Positions 1-9,898 are shown, counted from the first letter of the stretch. The stretch is DNA of 64,000 nt from Gemmatimonadales bacterium (GCA_965249575.1 OZ252244.1:416001-480000), one strand, 5' to 3'. The notes: generated by a model not told the origin, from the sequence alone. Numbers and translations are program-made.

Positions 1-2
1 CA

Positions 3-146
3 CTGTTCCCGCTCCAGCCCGAGCAGCCGATCATTCCGGCCGTGGTAATGGTGCTCGCGGTCTATGTCCTCGTGAAGGGTGGTGGATCCAGGAGCCTGGA
101 CCTCGCGGCGACGGGGGCGGGGAGGGAGCCTTCCACAGGTCGGTAG
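3..146 (+). CDS. C-terminal end of a membrane protein, DoxX-like (partial, runs off the window)
   Basis: Frame from position 3 reads LFPLQPEQPIIPAVVMVLAVYVLVKGGGSRSLDL...*; hydrophobic helix followed by a GGGxxSLD motif typical of DoxX C-termini. Confidence 0.45.
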   Translation: MFPLQPEQPIIPAVVMVLAVYVLVKGGGSRSLDLAATGAGREPSTGR

Positions 147-279
147 ATCAAGCCGCCTTGAACCGATGGTGGCACAACCCGATATCCTCGCTGGTCCATC
201 ACGTCCCGACTCGGGGCTCGTTACTGTACGTCGCCGCGGGTCTTAGGACACGGTCAAGTCGGTGCCCGGCGCATTCTCC

Positions 280-560
280 TCAGCACGGGGACGCGACCAC
301 AACGTTTGCCGTCCCGACGACGTTGTCAGTGTTTGCGGCGATGACGACCGCCCCATTTGCGTGGGCCGTGACCCCCAGCATCGTTGACCGAGGCTATGGC
401 GTCATCGGATGACGACCAGGCAAACGTCTTATTGTGAAGGATGCCGCCGCTGGAGCAGTACGCGATCGCGCCCAGCTGGACCCGTCCGCCAATTGCGAGG
501 GTGTCTACCGCGGGCCTGACAACCACCGTCTGAGCGACCGCGTCAGCAACCCGTTGGGCT
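280..560 (-). pseudogene. Frameshifted bacterial Ig-like (Big_2) domain remnant
   Basis: VVVRPAVDTLAIGGRVQLGA...FAWSSSDDAIASVNDAG continues in another frame after the C5 run at 372-376 as VTAHANGAVVIAANTDNVVGTANVVVASPC*. Confidence 0.6.
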
Positions 561-756
561 CGGGCCGCGCGCTGCCGTTCTGCCAGCTGTCGCTTGGCCG
601 CCCTACAATTCTTCGACTTACTGAAACCAAGGCCGGCCGATATGCCGTGTAATACTCCCATTGCCGCGAAGGAGGTTATGAATCCACTGCTCGTCTCTGG
701 GTTTGTATTGGGATCGTCGACCTCAATGAGCAAGCCCAGGAGGGGAGGAGGCCCTC

Positions 757-2187
757 CTACCGCATGGCCGCCCGGGAAGGGACAGGCGCCCCATCCGGGC
801 CGTTGTCCCAGTCTTGAACGCTCGAGATGTTGGGCATGCCCCACTGGTGTCCATTCCACCCGTTGAAGCCGTCCATCTTGAACGCCCAGAAGCCGCTTCG
901 TTTGTCACTGATGACGATCAGCCCGTCGGCGTTCCGGACATCGACCCCAAAGGCTCCGTCCAGGCCGCCGCGCTGGCCCGCCCCCTCGGCGCCGGCGGGG
1001 AGAACGCACTCACACGTGTAGTAGTAGCCCACGGTGTACGGGTTGGTCGGATTCATCATGTTGAAGATCTGCAGCCCGTCCATGTATCCTGACACGAACA
1101 CGTACGGCCAGCGGATCTCGTGGTTGTGCGCGAGCCCGTCCCACGAGGCCAGCCAGGCGCCGATCGGCCGAGAGATGTTCTTCACCTCGCCGTCCAGCCC
1201 GGGCTTCAGGTCGAAGAGGCGCAGCGGTGCGTACTGATACTCGACCTCGGTGACTGCGTACCGGCCGTCGGGCGTCGGCGTGAACGTGTGACCGCGCGTC
1301 ACACCGGCGACTCCGGTGACCGACGTCAGCAGTTGGGGCTCTTCCGGAGTGGACACGTCGAACACGTAATAGCCGCCGACGCCGGCGCCGTAGAACTTGT
1401 CTTGCCGCGTCGCCGGATCGTACCCGACGTAGAAATCGTGATACCCCCTGACGGGCGTGTTCTGCAGCTCGGGAACCGGGACCCGCGAGATGAGTCCCTG
1501 ACCCGCATCGTCACTCAGAAACCGCTCCATGTCGTAGACGTTCGCGTGCGGCGCCTGCACGGTGGCAAGCAGCAGTACCCGACCGTCAGAGTGCTTGTAC
1601 GCGAAAATGTTGTGGAAGCCACCCGGCGTATCCGGAGTGCGGATCAATCCCACCAGCTTCACCATCGACGTGTCGGGGAGGCCGGTGACGTCCAGAACGG
1701 CTGCGCCCACATCGGCGTTCAGGCCACCCGATCGAAACTGAAGCGATGCGACGTCGTAGTAGCGGCCCTTCAGCTTGAAGTATTTGTTGTCCATCCCGCC
1801 GGCCGGGTTGTGCGATTCTTGTTGATCGATGCGCCAGCTATACAGCAGTACGGGCTTGGTAGGATCCTCGATGCCGATGATGTCCACGCCCTTCGACGGA
1901 ACGCGGTGGGGCTGATCCGACCCGGGCAGGAAATCCCGCCGCGGCATGTACGCGAACGGTCGACTCAGCTCCTGCTCGATCTCGATGTCCGCCGTCGTCC
2001 GGAACCAGCCCAAGGGCAAGTGTCCCACCACGTGAACGTTCCCACTTCTCCCGTGATGGGGATTGCGGAGGCTGTTCGAGGGATCGTTCATCGCCCGGTC
2101 CTGACCCTCCGCCGCCGTGGTAACGAGCGCAGCCAGGACGACGACGGGGACCAGCCCCGCACCTAGGAATCGGTGATTTACTGACAT
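757..2187 (-). CDS. Secreted LVIVD-repeat (choice-of-anchor-B-like) beta-propeller protein
   Basis: Signal peptide (VVVLAALVTTAAEGQ); repeated 'GLQIFNMMNPTNP', 'YYVFDVSTPEEP' and 'VDIIGIEDPTKP' strands; His-containing motifs HNIF, YHDFY, HNHEI. Confidence 0.75.
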   Translation of the reverse strand: MSVNHRFLGAGLVPVVVLAALVTTAAEGQDRAMNDPSNSLRNPHHGRSGNVHVVGHLPLGWFRTTADIEIEQELSRPFAYMPRRDFLPGSDQPHRVPSKGVDIIGIEDPTKPVLLYSWRIDQQESHNPAGGMDNKYFKLKGRYYDVASLQFRSGGLNADVGAAVLDVTGLPDTSMVKLVGLIRTPDTPGGFHNIFAYKHSDGRVLLLATVQAPHANVYDMERFLSDDAGQGLISRVPVPELQNTPVRGYHDFYVGYDPATRQDKFYGAGVGGYYVFDVSTPEEPQLLTSVTGVAGVTRGHTFTPTPDGRYAVTEVEYQYAPLRLFDLKPGLDGEVKNISRPIGAWLASWDGLAHNHEIRWPYVFVSGYMDGLQIFNMMNPTNPYTVGYYYTCECVLPAGAEGAGQRGGLDGAFGVDVRNADGLIVISDKRSGFWAFKMDGFNGWNGHQWGMPNISSVQDWDNGPDGAPVPSRAAMR

Positions 2188-2637
2188 GCAGTGATTGACG
2201 GCCATATGATCGGGCCTCATGACGATGCACGGTGAGCTGGACGCCGAGCGCTTCCGGGCGATCGTCGGCTCGGCCGGACGCCCTGCGGAGGGGATAAGAT
2301 ATCGTGGCGCCGCGGCGTGAGGCCAGGAAGCCCGCCGCGGCGCCGGAACTGCCAACTCGAGGCGACGTTTCCTGCCTATCCGCGTCCACCTTCGGCTACC
2401 GTACCGCGATGGGGTTCCGCGGTGAACCTGTCGCCCCCTGCAGCCGAAGCGGCGCAGAGATGAACGCAAACTCCTAGGCCCTGTCCGCGGCCAGTGTCGC
2501 CATGTCAAGGTTCTCGAGGTTGTTATACTCCATCCGGTTCATCAGCCACTGGTGTGCCTCGAACGGCCGATCGAGCTTCTTACCGGGTACGGTTATAGAG
2601 TCCTTCTCACAGATCACCGCCATTGAGGGTCAGAGTC

Positions 2638-3348
2638 ATGAATAGCACGACTAAAGACTCACAACAACGAGCCGCGAGATTCGCTGGACTCATGTATCTA
2701 CTCACAATTGTGACCTGGGCCTTCGCATTCTATGTGCGCTCCGGTCTCGTTGTGGATGGCAACGCATCGGAAACAGTCAACAACATCGTGACAAATGAGC
2801 GGCTCTTTCGCATAAGCATTGTCAGCGATCTAGTAACTTTCGCCGGCGTCGTGGTGCTCACTGTGGCACTCTGGGTGCTGCTCAAGCCTGTAAATAGAGA
2901 CATCGCTTTGCTCGCAGCATTCTGGAGACTCGTGGAGTCGTCGATTCTTTGCGTCATCACCCTAAGTAGCTTCTTGGTACTATATCTCTCGAGCGGTGCG
3001 GAGTACCTAAAGGCAATCGAGGCGGGTCAACTGCAAGCTCTTGCGATGTTGGCGATTGCGTTATACGGAACCGGATGGATCGTTGGCCCAATCTTCCTAG
3101 GTTTGGGGTCCGCGGCTTTCAGCTACCTGTTGTTCCAGTCACGCTATGTTCCGAGAGCACTGGCCGCATTGGGAGTGTTTTCCTCCTTGCTGTTGACGAC
3201 GTGCGCTCTCGTGATAGTCGTGTTTCCCGGCTTCGCGACCATTGCAACAAGCGGTTTTGTGCCGCTATTAATCTACGAGATTACGCTTGGTCTATGGTTG
3301 CTGCTCAGAGGTGCAAGCCTCCAGTCGACTCCAGCGCATGCGGCCTAG
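2638..3348 (+). CDS. DUF4386 family membrane protein
   Basis: AARFAGLMYL, LKPVNRDIALLA, LFQSRYVPRALAALG and YEITLGLWLL motifs; about 6 TM helices. Confidence 0.8.
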   Translation: MNSTTKDSQQRAARFAGLMYLLTIVTWAFAFYVRSGLVVDGNASETVNNIVTNERLFRISIVSDLVTFAGVVVLTVALWVLLKPVNRDIALLAAFWRLVESSILCVITLSSFLVLYLSSGAEYLKAIEAGQLQALAMLAIALYGTGWIVGPIFLGLGSAAFSYLLFQSRYVPRALAALGVFSSLLLTTCALVIVVFPGFATIATSGFVPLLIYEITLGLWLLLRGASLQSTPAHAA

Positions 3349-3604
3349 TTGAAGACAGGTGTGCCTCGAATGTGCCTTGGTTACTAAACACCTGAGTAGC
3401 ACCGACGATGAATTCTGAAAACATACCACGCGTTTACAAGCCCGGTTCTCACCCTCGATAGGGAGGCCTTGGGGGGCGACCGGTTTGCGGCGTGTAATAA
3501 TGAAGCAGGTGGGCCGAATCGGCGAGTCAGGTGCGGTTCGGACAGGATTCTTTCTGGAGGGTCGTTCAGCACCAACGACGTTCACGTCCGTACTGCCCAC
3601 TAGG

Positions 3605-4059
3605 TTATCGACACTCCGCCTCGAGCGTCCCATCGCCCACCACTTCGCTGCTCTGGTCCTCGAACACACCGCTTGCTCGAACGCCTTGGTCTTCGATCTG
3701 GATCAGAGGGTCCGGCACGATCCCCGAGCTCGTCATCCACCCCGATCGCGCGACGACGAGAGAGACCCACTACCGTCTTGCATGTACACGCTCACTTCGT
3801 GGTTGGTCATGTTGCTGAGAGACGTTCGATCGACCGTGACGGTGAACCGAACACCCGCATCGGTCGTGCCCATGCCACTCAACGTGGGGCCATCTGGGCC
3901 CTGGGTTGCCCCCAGGTCGCACCAGGTGACTTGGAACTCATACGTAGTGCCTACGACGGTCAGTGTACCGCTCCCCTCAGCGTCCTGCGCGTGCGCATGT
4001 CCGCCCATACCCAGCAAACACGCTCCGAGCACTGCGGTGATAACGATGATGCTCCTCAT
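3605..4059 (-). pseudogene. Secreted hypothetical protein with one frameshift near 3740
   Basis: RBS AGGAG, signal peptide MRSIIVITAVLGACLL..AHAQ; reading continues in a second frame as WMTSSGIVPDPLIQIEDQGVRASGVFE...TLEAECR*. Confidence 0.55.
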
Positions 4060-4479
4060 GATGGATCGTCTCCTGAACAGACGTATCGAGAATCCCGCCA
4101 ATGTATGACCTGGACCTGAGCCCGGGAACCAACGTGCGAGACACGGCACCGGCGCGATGAACTCGTCATTCGCCCGACGCCGGAACGGGCAATACTTGGA
4201 ATGCCCACCCCAGCGTTTCCCGTGTGCCAGAGGCTCGGCAGCACGACCGGCGGCGGCTACGAGGTTTCATTGGGGCGGTTCCGAGGGAAAGCGGGCCGCT
4301 GCCGATGCTCTACAGGTTTTGAACTTTGAGGCATCACAAAGAGCGGCACACCATCCGGCAGGGGCTCCAGGGTGGTCTCGGATCATTGTCCAAAAAAAGA
4401 ACCCTGAGAAAGTGCTGCGAGCGCCACTATGATCCCAAGATTCCTCGCGGCGATGCTCAGGCGGCCTTGCGGGTTGTCC

Positions 4480-4869
4480 TCACGCGCACTTGGGCACGCC
4501 TTCCTTGGTCGCGGGGGGTAGCGGGGCCGCACTCCCTACGTAGATGACGCATTGCTTGAGGGTCTGCGTGTGCGAGGCTGTGCCCTGCCATCCGCTCGGA
4601 GTTACTCCGGAGAGAGCCACCGCGACACCGGTCGAAGCCACGTAGAAGAGGCTCGCGGACGGTATGGCCCCGCCGTAATACGCCTCATTGTCGTACTGGT
4701 AGGATTCCTGTGCGGTCGCGAGGTTCCGGAGATCCGACTTCATCGTGGACAGGTACGCCTGTTCCTTGCTGCTCGCGAATTTCGGGATCGCGATCGCCGC
4801 GAGGATGCCAAGGATGACCACCACGATAAGGAGTTCGATGAGCGTGAAGCCGTCTCGTCGCGAGCGCAT
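4480..4869 (-). CDS. Type IV pilin (prepilin N-methylation motif)
   Basis: G|FTLIELLIVVVILGILAAIAIPKF; MKSDLRNLATAQE; C-terminal Cys pair. Confidence 0.92.
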   Translation of the reverse strand: MRSRRDGFTLIELLIVVVILGILAAIAIPKFASSKEQAYLSTMKSDLRNLATAQESYQYDNEAYYGGAIPSASLFYVASTGVAVALSGVTPSGWQGTASHTQTLKQCVIYVGSAAPLPPATKEGVPKCA

Positions 4870-4909
4870 ATCCCCATCCCGTAGGTGCAAGTGAAGTAGG
4901 TTGCGCGCC

Positions 4910-4946
4910 CCGGGGGTGACGGCGGCCGAAACCGCCACCACCCCGG
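4910..4946 (-). terminator. GC-rich hairpin between the truncated pilin and the intact pilin
   Basis: GGGGTGACGGCGG-CCGAAA-CCGCCACCACCCC inverted repeat just past the stop at 4962; no clear U-tract. Confidence 0.45.
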
Positions 4947-4961
4947 TACACGCAGGCTACA

Positions 4962-5093
4962 TCAGGTGCACTTAGGCGCACCTTCTTGGGTCGCAGGCGC
5001 CAAGGCAGTCGTACCCACGTAGATCGCGCAGGTCTTCGTGGTCAGGTTGTGACCGACCGAGGAGGTGAAACCATCGGCCGTAACGGTTGTGCC
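4962..5093 (-). pseudogene. C-terminal fragment of a second type IV pilin paralog
   Basis: VTADGFTSSVGHNLTTKTCAIYVGTTALAPATQEGAPKCT aligns with VTPSGWQGTASHTQTLKQCVIYVGSAAPLPPATKEGVPKCA of the neighbouring pilin; no N-terminal helix. Confidence 0.75.
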
Positions 5094-5094
5094 C

Positions 5095-5772
5095 ATGTGG
5101 GTCGATTCGGGCGTTCCGCTCGTGTTCGCCTGGTCGTTCTGTATTCTCGTGCCCACGATCGGCAACGCGGCGGTTGTTCTCACGATCTACATCGTACGTA
5201 AGCAGCCGGACTGGCAGACGTTCCGGTTTCGATTTCGATTGCAGCGCCCCTCCGCCCGTCAGCTCGCGTCGATTCCTGCGCTGGTGGTCGTGATCCTCGT
5301 ACTGAACGAGTCCCTGGCGTGGACAATCCCCTGGCTCCAGGAGCTGCCCGGATTCGGACTGCCGCCGATCGTCCCCGAGGTTTTCGCCAATCCCTACGAA
5401 GCCGTGAACCCGGCGAGCGGATCCGCGACATTCCTCGGCGTTCCCCTGAATCGGGACGCCGCATGGCTCGTTCCCTTCTGGCTGATCTGGGTGGTCGGCG
5501 GAGTCCTCGGCGAAGAGCTCGTGTGGCGAGGTTACCTCTTGCCTGGGCAGGAGACGCGGTACGGCCGCTGGGCGTGGCTCGTGAACGGGATGCTCTGGAA
5601 CGTCCCCTTCCACCTCTACACGCTGTCCAGCTGCCTCTCCGACCTGCCGCTCTACCTGGTGCTCCCCTTCGTCGTTCAACGCACCGGCAACACATGGGTC
5701 GCAGTCGGCGTCCACGCACTGATGGTCTCGATGGCATATGTCCTGATCCTGCCGGGCGTCTTTCGAGGCTGA
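5095..5772 (+). CDS. CPBP/Abi (CAAX protease-like) membrane metalloprotease, probably 5'-truncated
   Basis: EELVWRG motif, WNVPFH, VGVH motif; no RBS, and it abuts the truncated pilin. Confidence 0.7.
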   Translation: MWVDSGVPLVFAWSFCILVPTIGNAAVVLTIYIVRKQPDWQTFRFRFRLQRPSARQLASIPALVVVILVLNESLAWTIPWLQELPGFGLPPIVPEVFANPYEAVNPASGSATFLGVPLNRDAAWLVPFWLIWVVGGVLGEELVWRGYLLPGQETRYGRWAWLVNGMLWNVPFHLYTLSSCLSDLPLYLVLPFVVQRTGNTWVAVGVHALMVSMAYVLILPGVFRG

Positions 5773-5868
5773 CGCGTACGCACCGCCAGAGGGAAGGGGA
5801 CCGTGCCAATCCCGCCGAAAAAGATGCGGCCACCCTAAAACCACGTGGCCCTGTCACAACGACTTACC

Positions 5869-5914
5869 CAATAGCGGAGGAGGGACTCGAACCCCCGACA
5901 CGCGGATTATGATT
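5869..5914 (-). repeat. att site: 46-bp duplicate covering the 3' part of tRNA-Met
   Basis: CAATAGCGGAGGAGGGACTCGAACCCCCGACACGCGGATTATGATT is identical to 14291-14336. Confidence 0.95.
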
Positions 5915-5942
5915 ATGGCGCGTCGGGCGGACTCATCAGGGC

Positions 5943-6302
5943 TCATCCGGACAAGTCGGGAAAAGAAAAGGCGTTACTGTAGTGCTCGGCATCGTGGTCG
6001 AGGCGGATCGTCTCCGACCCCGTGCCAGTCGCGTCGAACGTGGCGACTGGGGCACCGCAAGCGCCGCCGGACCATTCGCAGATCTCCACGCTCAACAGCG
6101 GCAGGAGGCTCGGATCGAACACTCCCGTCGGAATGGGGTTCGGGGCGAGGGGCGGCAGGAAGTAGAAGCCGGCTCGGCCCCCGCCATGCGTGGCGTCCGA
6201 GATCGCGAGGTCCGGTTGGTCCTGCTCAATGATCTGGACGGGAAGATCCGATTCGCACGCGAGTAGGACGAGGGCTAAGAGAGATCCGAGGATCCGTTTC
6301 AT
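5943..6302 (-). pseudogene. N-terminal fragment of a lipoprotein
   Basis: Lipobox LLAC; ISDATHGGG..FYFLPP motif; the ORF runs into the att-arm sequence. Confidence 0.5.
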
Positions 6303-6720
6303 GGTGGGGCGCTCCGGTGACCGGATGGACAGCCATTCTCGGACAGCAGCCAAGCCGGCGCAAGAAGTGGCGCGGATGCAACACCCCCCGAATCGAAGAG
6401 CGGCAGGATGTATGTCCTGTTCCAAGGGCGGCTATGGGGATGCGACGTGGATGGCCAATCCACTGCGCGCGGCTAAAGCATCGCGGTCGAGGAGGTTGCG
6501 AAGCGGTGTGCCTCGAGTGTGCCTTGGTCGCCGCGCTGGCTCGGAGCACCGGCCCGCCTTGCGCCCCGATTCGCCCCGTCGCTAGGCGCGCCGCCAAGAA
6601 TCGGTCGTGGCTATGCCTCCTGAAGCCCCGAGGGCCTCGAGCAGCTGCTGAAAACGGGGCTCGTCGCGCTAGGCCAGCGCCGGTAACTCGGGCCGCGTCG
6701 AGTTGCTGGACTTCGGTGAT

Positions 6721-6849
6721 CGTCGTCCCGTCTGGTCCCTTCTCGTCCCGTTCCGTCCCTTCCTGTACCGACTTACGAGCGACTTCGTCCCATCCTGAGC
6801 CGTCCTGTACCGTCCAGTCCCGCCTAGTTGGTTTGCAAATGGTTTGCAG
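6721..6849. repeat. Phased 10-bp GTCCC repeats and tandem TGGTTTGCA repeats (att-arm-like)
   Basis: cgtcGTCCCg tctgGTCCCt tctcGTCCCg ttccGTCCCt tcctGTACCg; TGGTTTGCAAA-TGGTTTGCAGA at about 6829-6850. Confidence 0.6.
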
Positions 6850-6883
6850 AATCAGGGCATCGTGAATCGTGCATCGAGGTCAG

Positions 6884-7711
6884 CTAGCTAGTGTTATCCT
6901 CCCCCGGTTCGAGTCGCTCCAACAGCGCGTTCACGTCCGAGCGGAGCCTCTCGATCTCTCGGTCCCTCGCCCGAAGCTGCTCCTGGAGATCCCGCGTGCG
7001 GCGCTCGAGCGCCTGGATCGCCAGCAGGTTGACGCCGTCGATGTCGGTCGTGGTGATCGTGGTATCGCTCTCGCCCAGTCCAAAGGCGGCGTAGAAGTCC
7101 TGCGCCGTGGGGCCGATGTGCCGGATCGATGGCTCCTGCGATCGGTAGCTCCAGCTCTGGATGGGCAGGCCCGCAATCTTCTCCAACACGGGCTCCCCGT
7201 CTTCGTCTCGAAAAGCCTCCTTCAGGTGGCGAGCCGAGAGGGTGGACCACGCGTTGCCTCCGCCGGGCAGAGAGACACCAGAAGTCAAAGCCGCGTCTGA
7301 ATAGAACGTGGTCCCGCCCGTCGCGCGCACAACGAACGACTGGTCCGCCGTTGCGGTGACGATGTTAGAGGTGGAGAAGTCACCGTAGACGAACGCGCCT
7401 CTGTGTCCGTTGGTGGAGGAGTTTATCCCCATCGCCGTGGAGGAGAGGCCGCTGGCCGTCGTTTGAAAGCCCATCGCCGTGGAGAAGTTGCCGCTCGCGG
7501 TCGTGCCCGCGCCCATCGCCGTGGAGCTTTGACCGCTGGCCGTCGTTTCAGAGCCCATCGCCGTGGAACGGTCGCCGCTGGCCGTCGTTTCAGAGCCCAT
7601 CGCCGTGGAGACGTCGCCGCTCGCGGTCGTGCTTTCGCCCATCGCCGTGGAGTTTTCGCCGCTGGCGGTCGTTTGGCTGCCCATCACGGTGGAGACGTCG
7701 CCGCTGGCCAT
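6884..7711 (-). pseudogene. 5'-truncated trimeric fibre/adhesin: YadA-head-like 14-aa repeats plus peptidase S74 chaperone domain
   Basis: Seven TTASGxxSTAMGxx repeats; WSTLS-ARHLKE cleavage region, WSY, HIGPTAQDFYAAFGLG, C-terminal coiled coil; no N-terminus or RBS. Confidence 0.8.
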
Positions 7712-8967
7712 AGCGCCTTCATCATGACCGCGAGTTCACCATAGAAGACAAGCTTGCTGCCTAGAATACGGCTCCAAGGGGTGGACGCTGTCTGGCACTC
7801 ATGGAGGGATGTTGCACCAAGCGTTATGGCAAAGAGAAGGACTATTCCGATATCAACACCTGGGACTGTCCATCGCTCATCGATGTACAGCAGCCAGATA
7901 GACTGGGCGATCAATGCACAGGCCACGAATCCTTGAACATAGAACAGTCCGTTCCAACCAAGGTAGACAAGCCATTGGTGCACGGTTAGCGCTTGGGGAT
8001 TGCGAGCGAACAGCTTCAGTGCATAAAGAAAGTTCTGATACGTTCCGGTCGCCCACCTGCGTAGCTGCAGGTGATATGCGCCAAGGTTGTGAGGAGAGTA
8101 CCCGTCTGCGACACGTGTAGCCAAGAACGTCCCCTTCCATCCGCGCTGATGCAGATTTAGTGAAGTTCTAACGTCTTCGGTCACACTACTCTCGTCAAAT
8201 CCTGCAACGTTGGCTAGCGCAGCTGTTCTTATAAGAACATTGCTCCCGGACATAAACACACACCCCGTGGCAGAAAGCCCTGGGCAGATGTGGTCGTAGA
8301 AGATGCGTTGCTTGTATGCGTGGGCGGCTTCAACAAGCGAGGGGGCGGCGTCAACGTACGTTTGAGGAGCCTGTACGAAGGCGAGATCGGGATCGTTCAT
8401 CAGGACTGGAACCATCGTAGAGAGGATCCCGGGTGCCGGAGCATGGTCCACGTCAAGTACCAGAACGTACTCCACTTCGGGCCCCAGGTAACCGAGAGCG
8501 CAATTGAGCGCGCCGGCTTTGAAGCCCTTATCCGTCACCTTTCGAACAATCTGAACGGAGAGTCCCAGGTGCAAAGCGTGCTTCTCAAGTCTGGCTCTAT
8601 CTGAGTGAGTGCTGTTATCTATGATAACCACGGTGAGAGATCGGTAATCTACCTCCTTGAGGTGTTCAAACATCCTCGAGACGACAGTCGGTGGCTCATC
8701 TCTTATCGGAACTAGGATGGCCACACGTGGAGAGGGGTACAACGGTGCCCCCGACTGAAATGGTTGGTGACTTCTTCCACCAGCGTATCGGAAGTACCAA
8801 TATCCCAGCATGTGGAAGAACAGAAAGAACATTGCTACTCGGTAGGCACCGTTTCCACCTATGTCGAGAGCGCCGGTTCGCCCCGCATGAAGGCTCTCGG
8901 CGAGTGGAGCGACTACTATGCTTAGAAAAGACACAACGAGTACGACTAGGATTCGATAGGCGTGCAC
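7684..8967 (-). CDS. Family 2 glycosyltransferase (cellulose-synthase-like), 3' end probably truncated at about 7712
   Basis: GFKAGALN, VLDVDH, FVQAPQ, SVTED and QLRRWATG (QxxRW-like) motifs; visibly lower GC. Confidence 0.85.
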   Translation of the reverse strand: MHAYRILVVLVVSFLSIVVAPLAESLHAGRTGALDIGGNGAYRVAMFFLFFHMLGYWYFRYAGGRSHQPFQSGAPLYPSPRVAILVPIRDEPPTVVSRMFEHLKEVDYRSLTVVIIDNSTHSDRARLEKHALHLGLSVQIVRKVTDKGFKAGALNCALGYLGPEVEYVLVLDVDHAPAPGILSTMVPVLMNDPDLAFVQAPQTYVDAAPSLVEAAHAYKQRIFYDHICPGLSATGCVFMSGSNVLIRTAALANVAGFDESSVTEDVRTSLNLHQRGWKGTFLATRVADGYSPHNLGAYHLQLRRWATGTYQNFLYALKLFARNPQALTVHQWLVYLGWNGLFYVQGFVACALIAQSIWLLYIDERWTVPGVDIGIVLLFAITLGATSLHECQTASTPWSRILGSKLVFYGELAVMMKALWPAATSPP

Positions 8968-9035
8968 TGATGCGTGTTTCCGTGTTGGTAGCGAGTTTAC
9001 CAGGTGCTAACGAGGCTGCAAAACAAGTAGGGTAG

Positions 9036-9110
9036 CAGACGGCGATCGTATTGGGCACGTCCCTTACCGGCGTCGATCTTGTGCTTCATCTGCTGGCTAA
9101 AGGTATCTCG
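9036..9110 (-). mobile_element. Short remnant resembling an IS1182-family transposase C-terminal segment
   Basis: Translates RDTFSQQMKHKIDAGKGRAQYDRRL, similar to the MKxKIDxxxGRxxYxRR motif that precedes VEPVF in these transposases. Confidence 0.4.
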
Positions 9111-9214
9111 GGTCTTGCGACATGGGGACGTGCTACCTATGCGCTTGGGACGTGAGACATACACCGGGAGTGCCTGCCACCTAACTGATGGTGGGCAGCG
9201 CCGCCGCTGTCCGA

Positions 9215-9287
9215 ACGCCAGTTCGCGCTCGAATCGCGTTAGCTGGTCAGCAAAGACGGCCTAAAGGCGCTCGAGCAGATCGGCCAT
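9215..9287 (-). pseudogene. Degenerate Ser/Thr kinase N-terminal fragment
   Basis: MADLLERL*AVFAD...FEREL; paralogous to 11355-11534, including the upstream leader. Confidence 0.65.
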
Positions 9288-9532
9288 GCGACTGCTCCGG
9301 TGTACCGAGACCGATAAGGTAGAACCTGGGGAGGGCGACAGCCAGAGTCGCGGAGCGCCCCTATGTGGGATTACCCTATTCCCGTCTTCCTGCTCCCAAC
9401 GCGCACAGCGCCCGACCGTAGGGACCGGGCGCAGTTTGGCGGAATCCTTCAGGGTGCCGTTGAGAAGATCACGGGCCAGACGACCAACCATCTAGCAACA
9501 GGCTCTATGTCGACGCCAGACGTGCATCGAAT

Positions 9533-9889
9533 GTGCTCGATTTCGACGACTTGCTGTTGTACTGGAAGTTGGTCCTCGAGCACGGCACGGTGGCCGAGTC
9601 GGTCCGCACCTCGTTCGATCTCGTCTTCGTCGATGAGTACCAGGACACGAATGCGCTGCAGGGAGACGTCCTTCGATTGCTCAAGCCCGACGGCGTTGGG
9701 GTGACCCTGGTCGGCGACGAAGCCCAGTCGATCTATGCGTTTCGCGGCACGTCGATCGAGAACATACTCGGGTTTCCAGGCCAGTACGAGTGCATAGCCA
9801 CCGTTGCCCCGATCAGTCCCGTGGTTCGGGCTGCACTCGACCGAGCTTTGGCGAGGGACTCTATAGGAGAATCACCAGTGATCAAATAA
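9533..9889 (+). pseudogene. Internal fragment of a UvrD/PcrA-like SF1 helicase
   Basis: LDFDDLL, VFVDEYQDTN (motif II), VGDEAQSIYAFRG (motif III); no Walker A and no C-terminal domains. Confidence 0.85.
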
Positions 9890-9898
9890 GGCGACACG

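Noticed and set aside
4150..4330. Riboswitch or sigma54 promoter in the gap before the pilin
   Set aside because: GG/GC spacing does not fit -24/-12, and no riboswitch consensus was recognised
7420..7711. 42-bp repeats as a CRISPR array
   Set aside because: Contiguous in-frame coding repeats without unique spacers; no cas genes
9795..9862. PISPVVRAALDRALARD as a kinase C-lobe scrap fused to the UvrD fragment
   Set aside because: Suggestive but too short to support without an alignment
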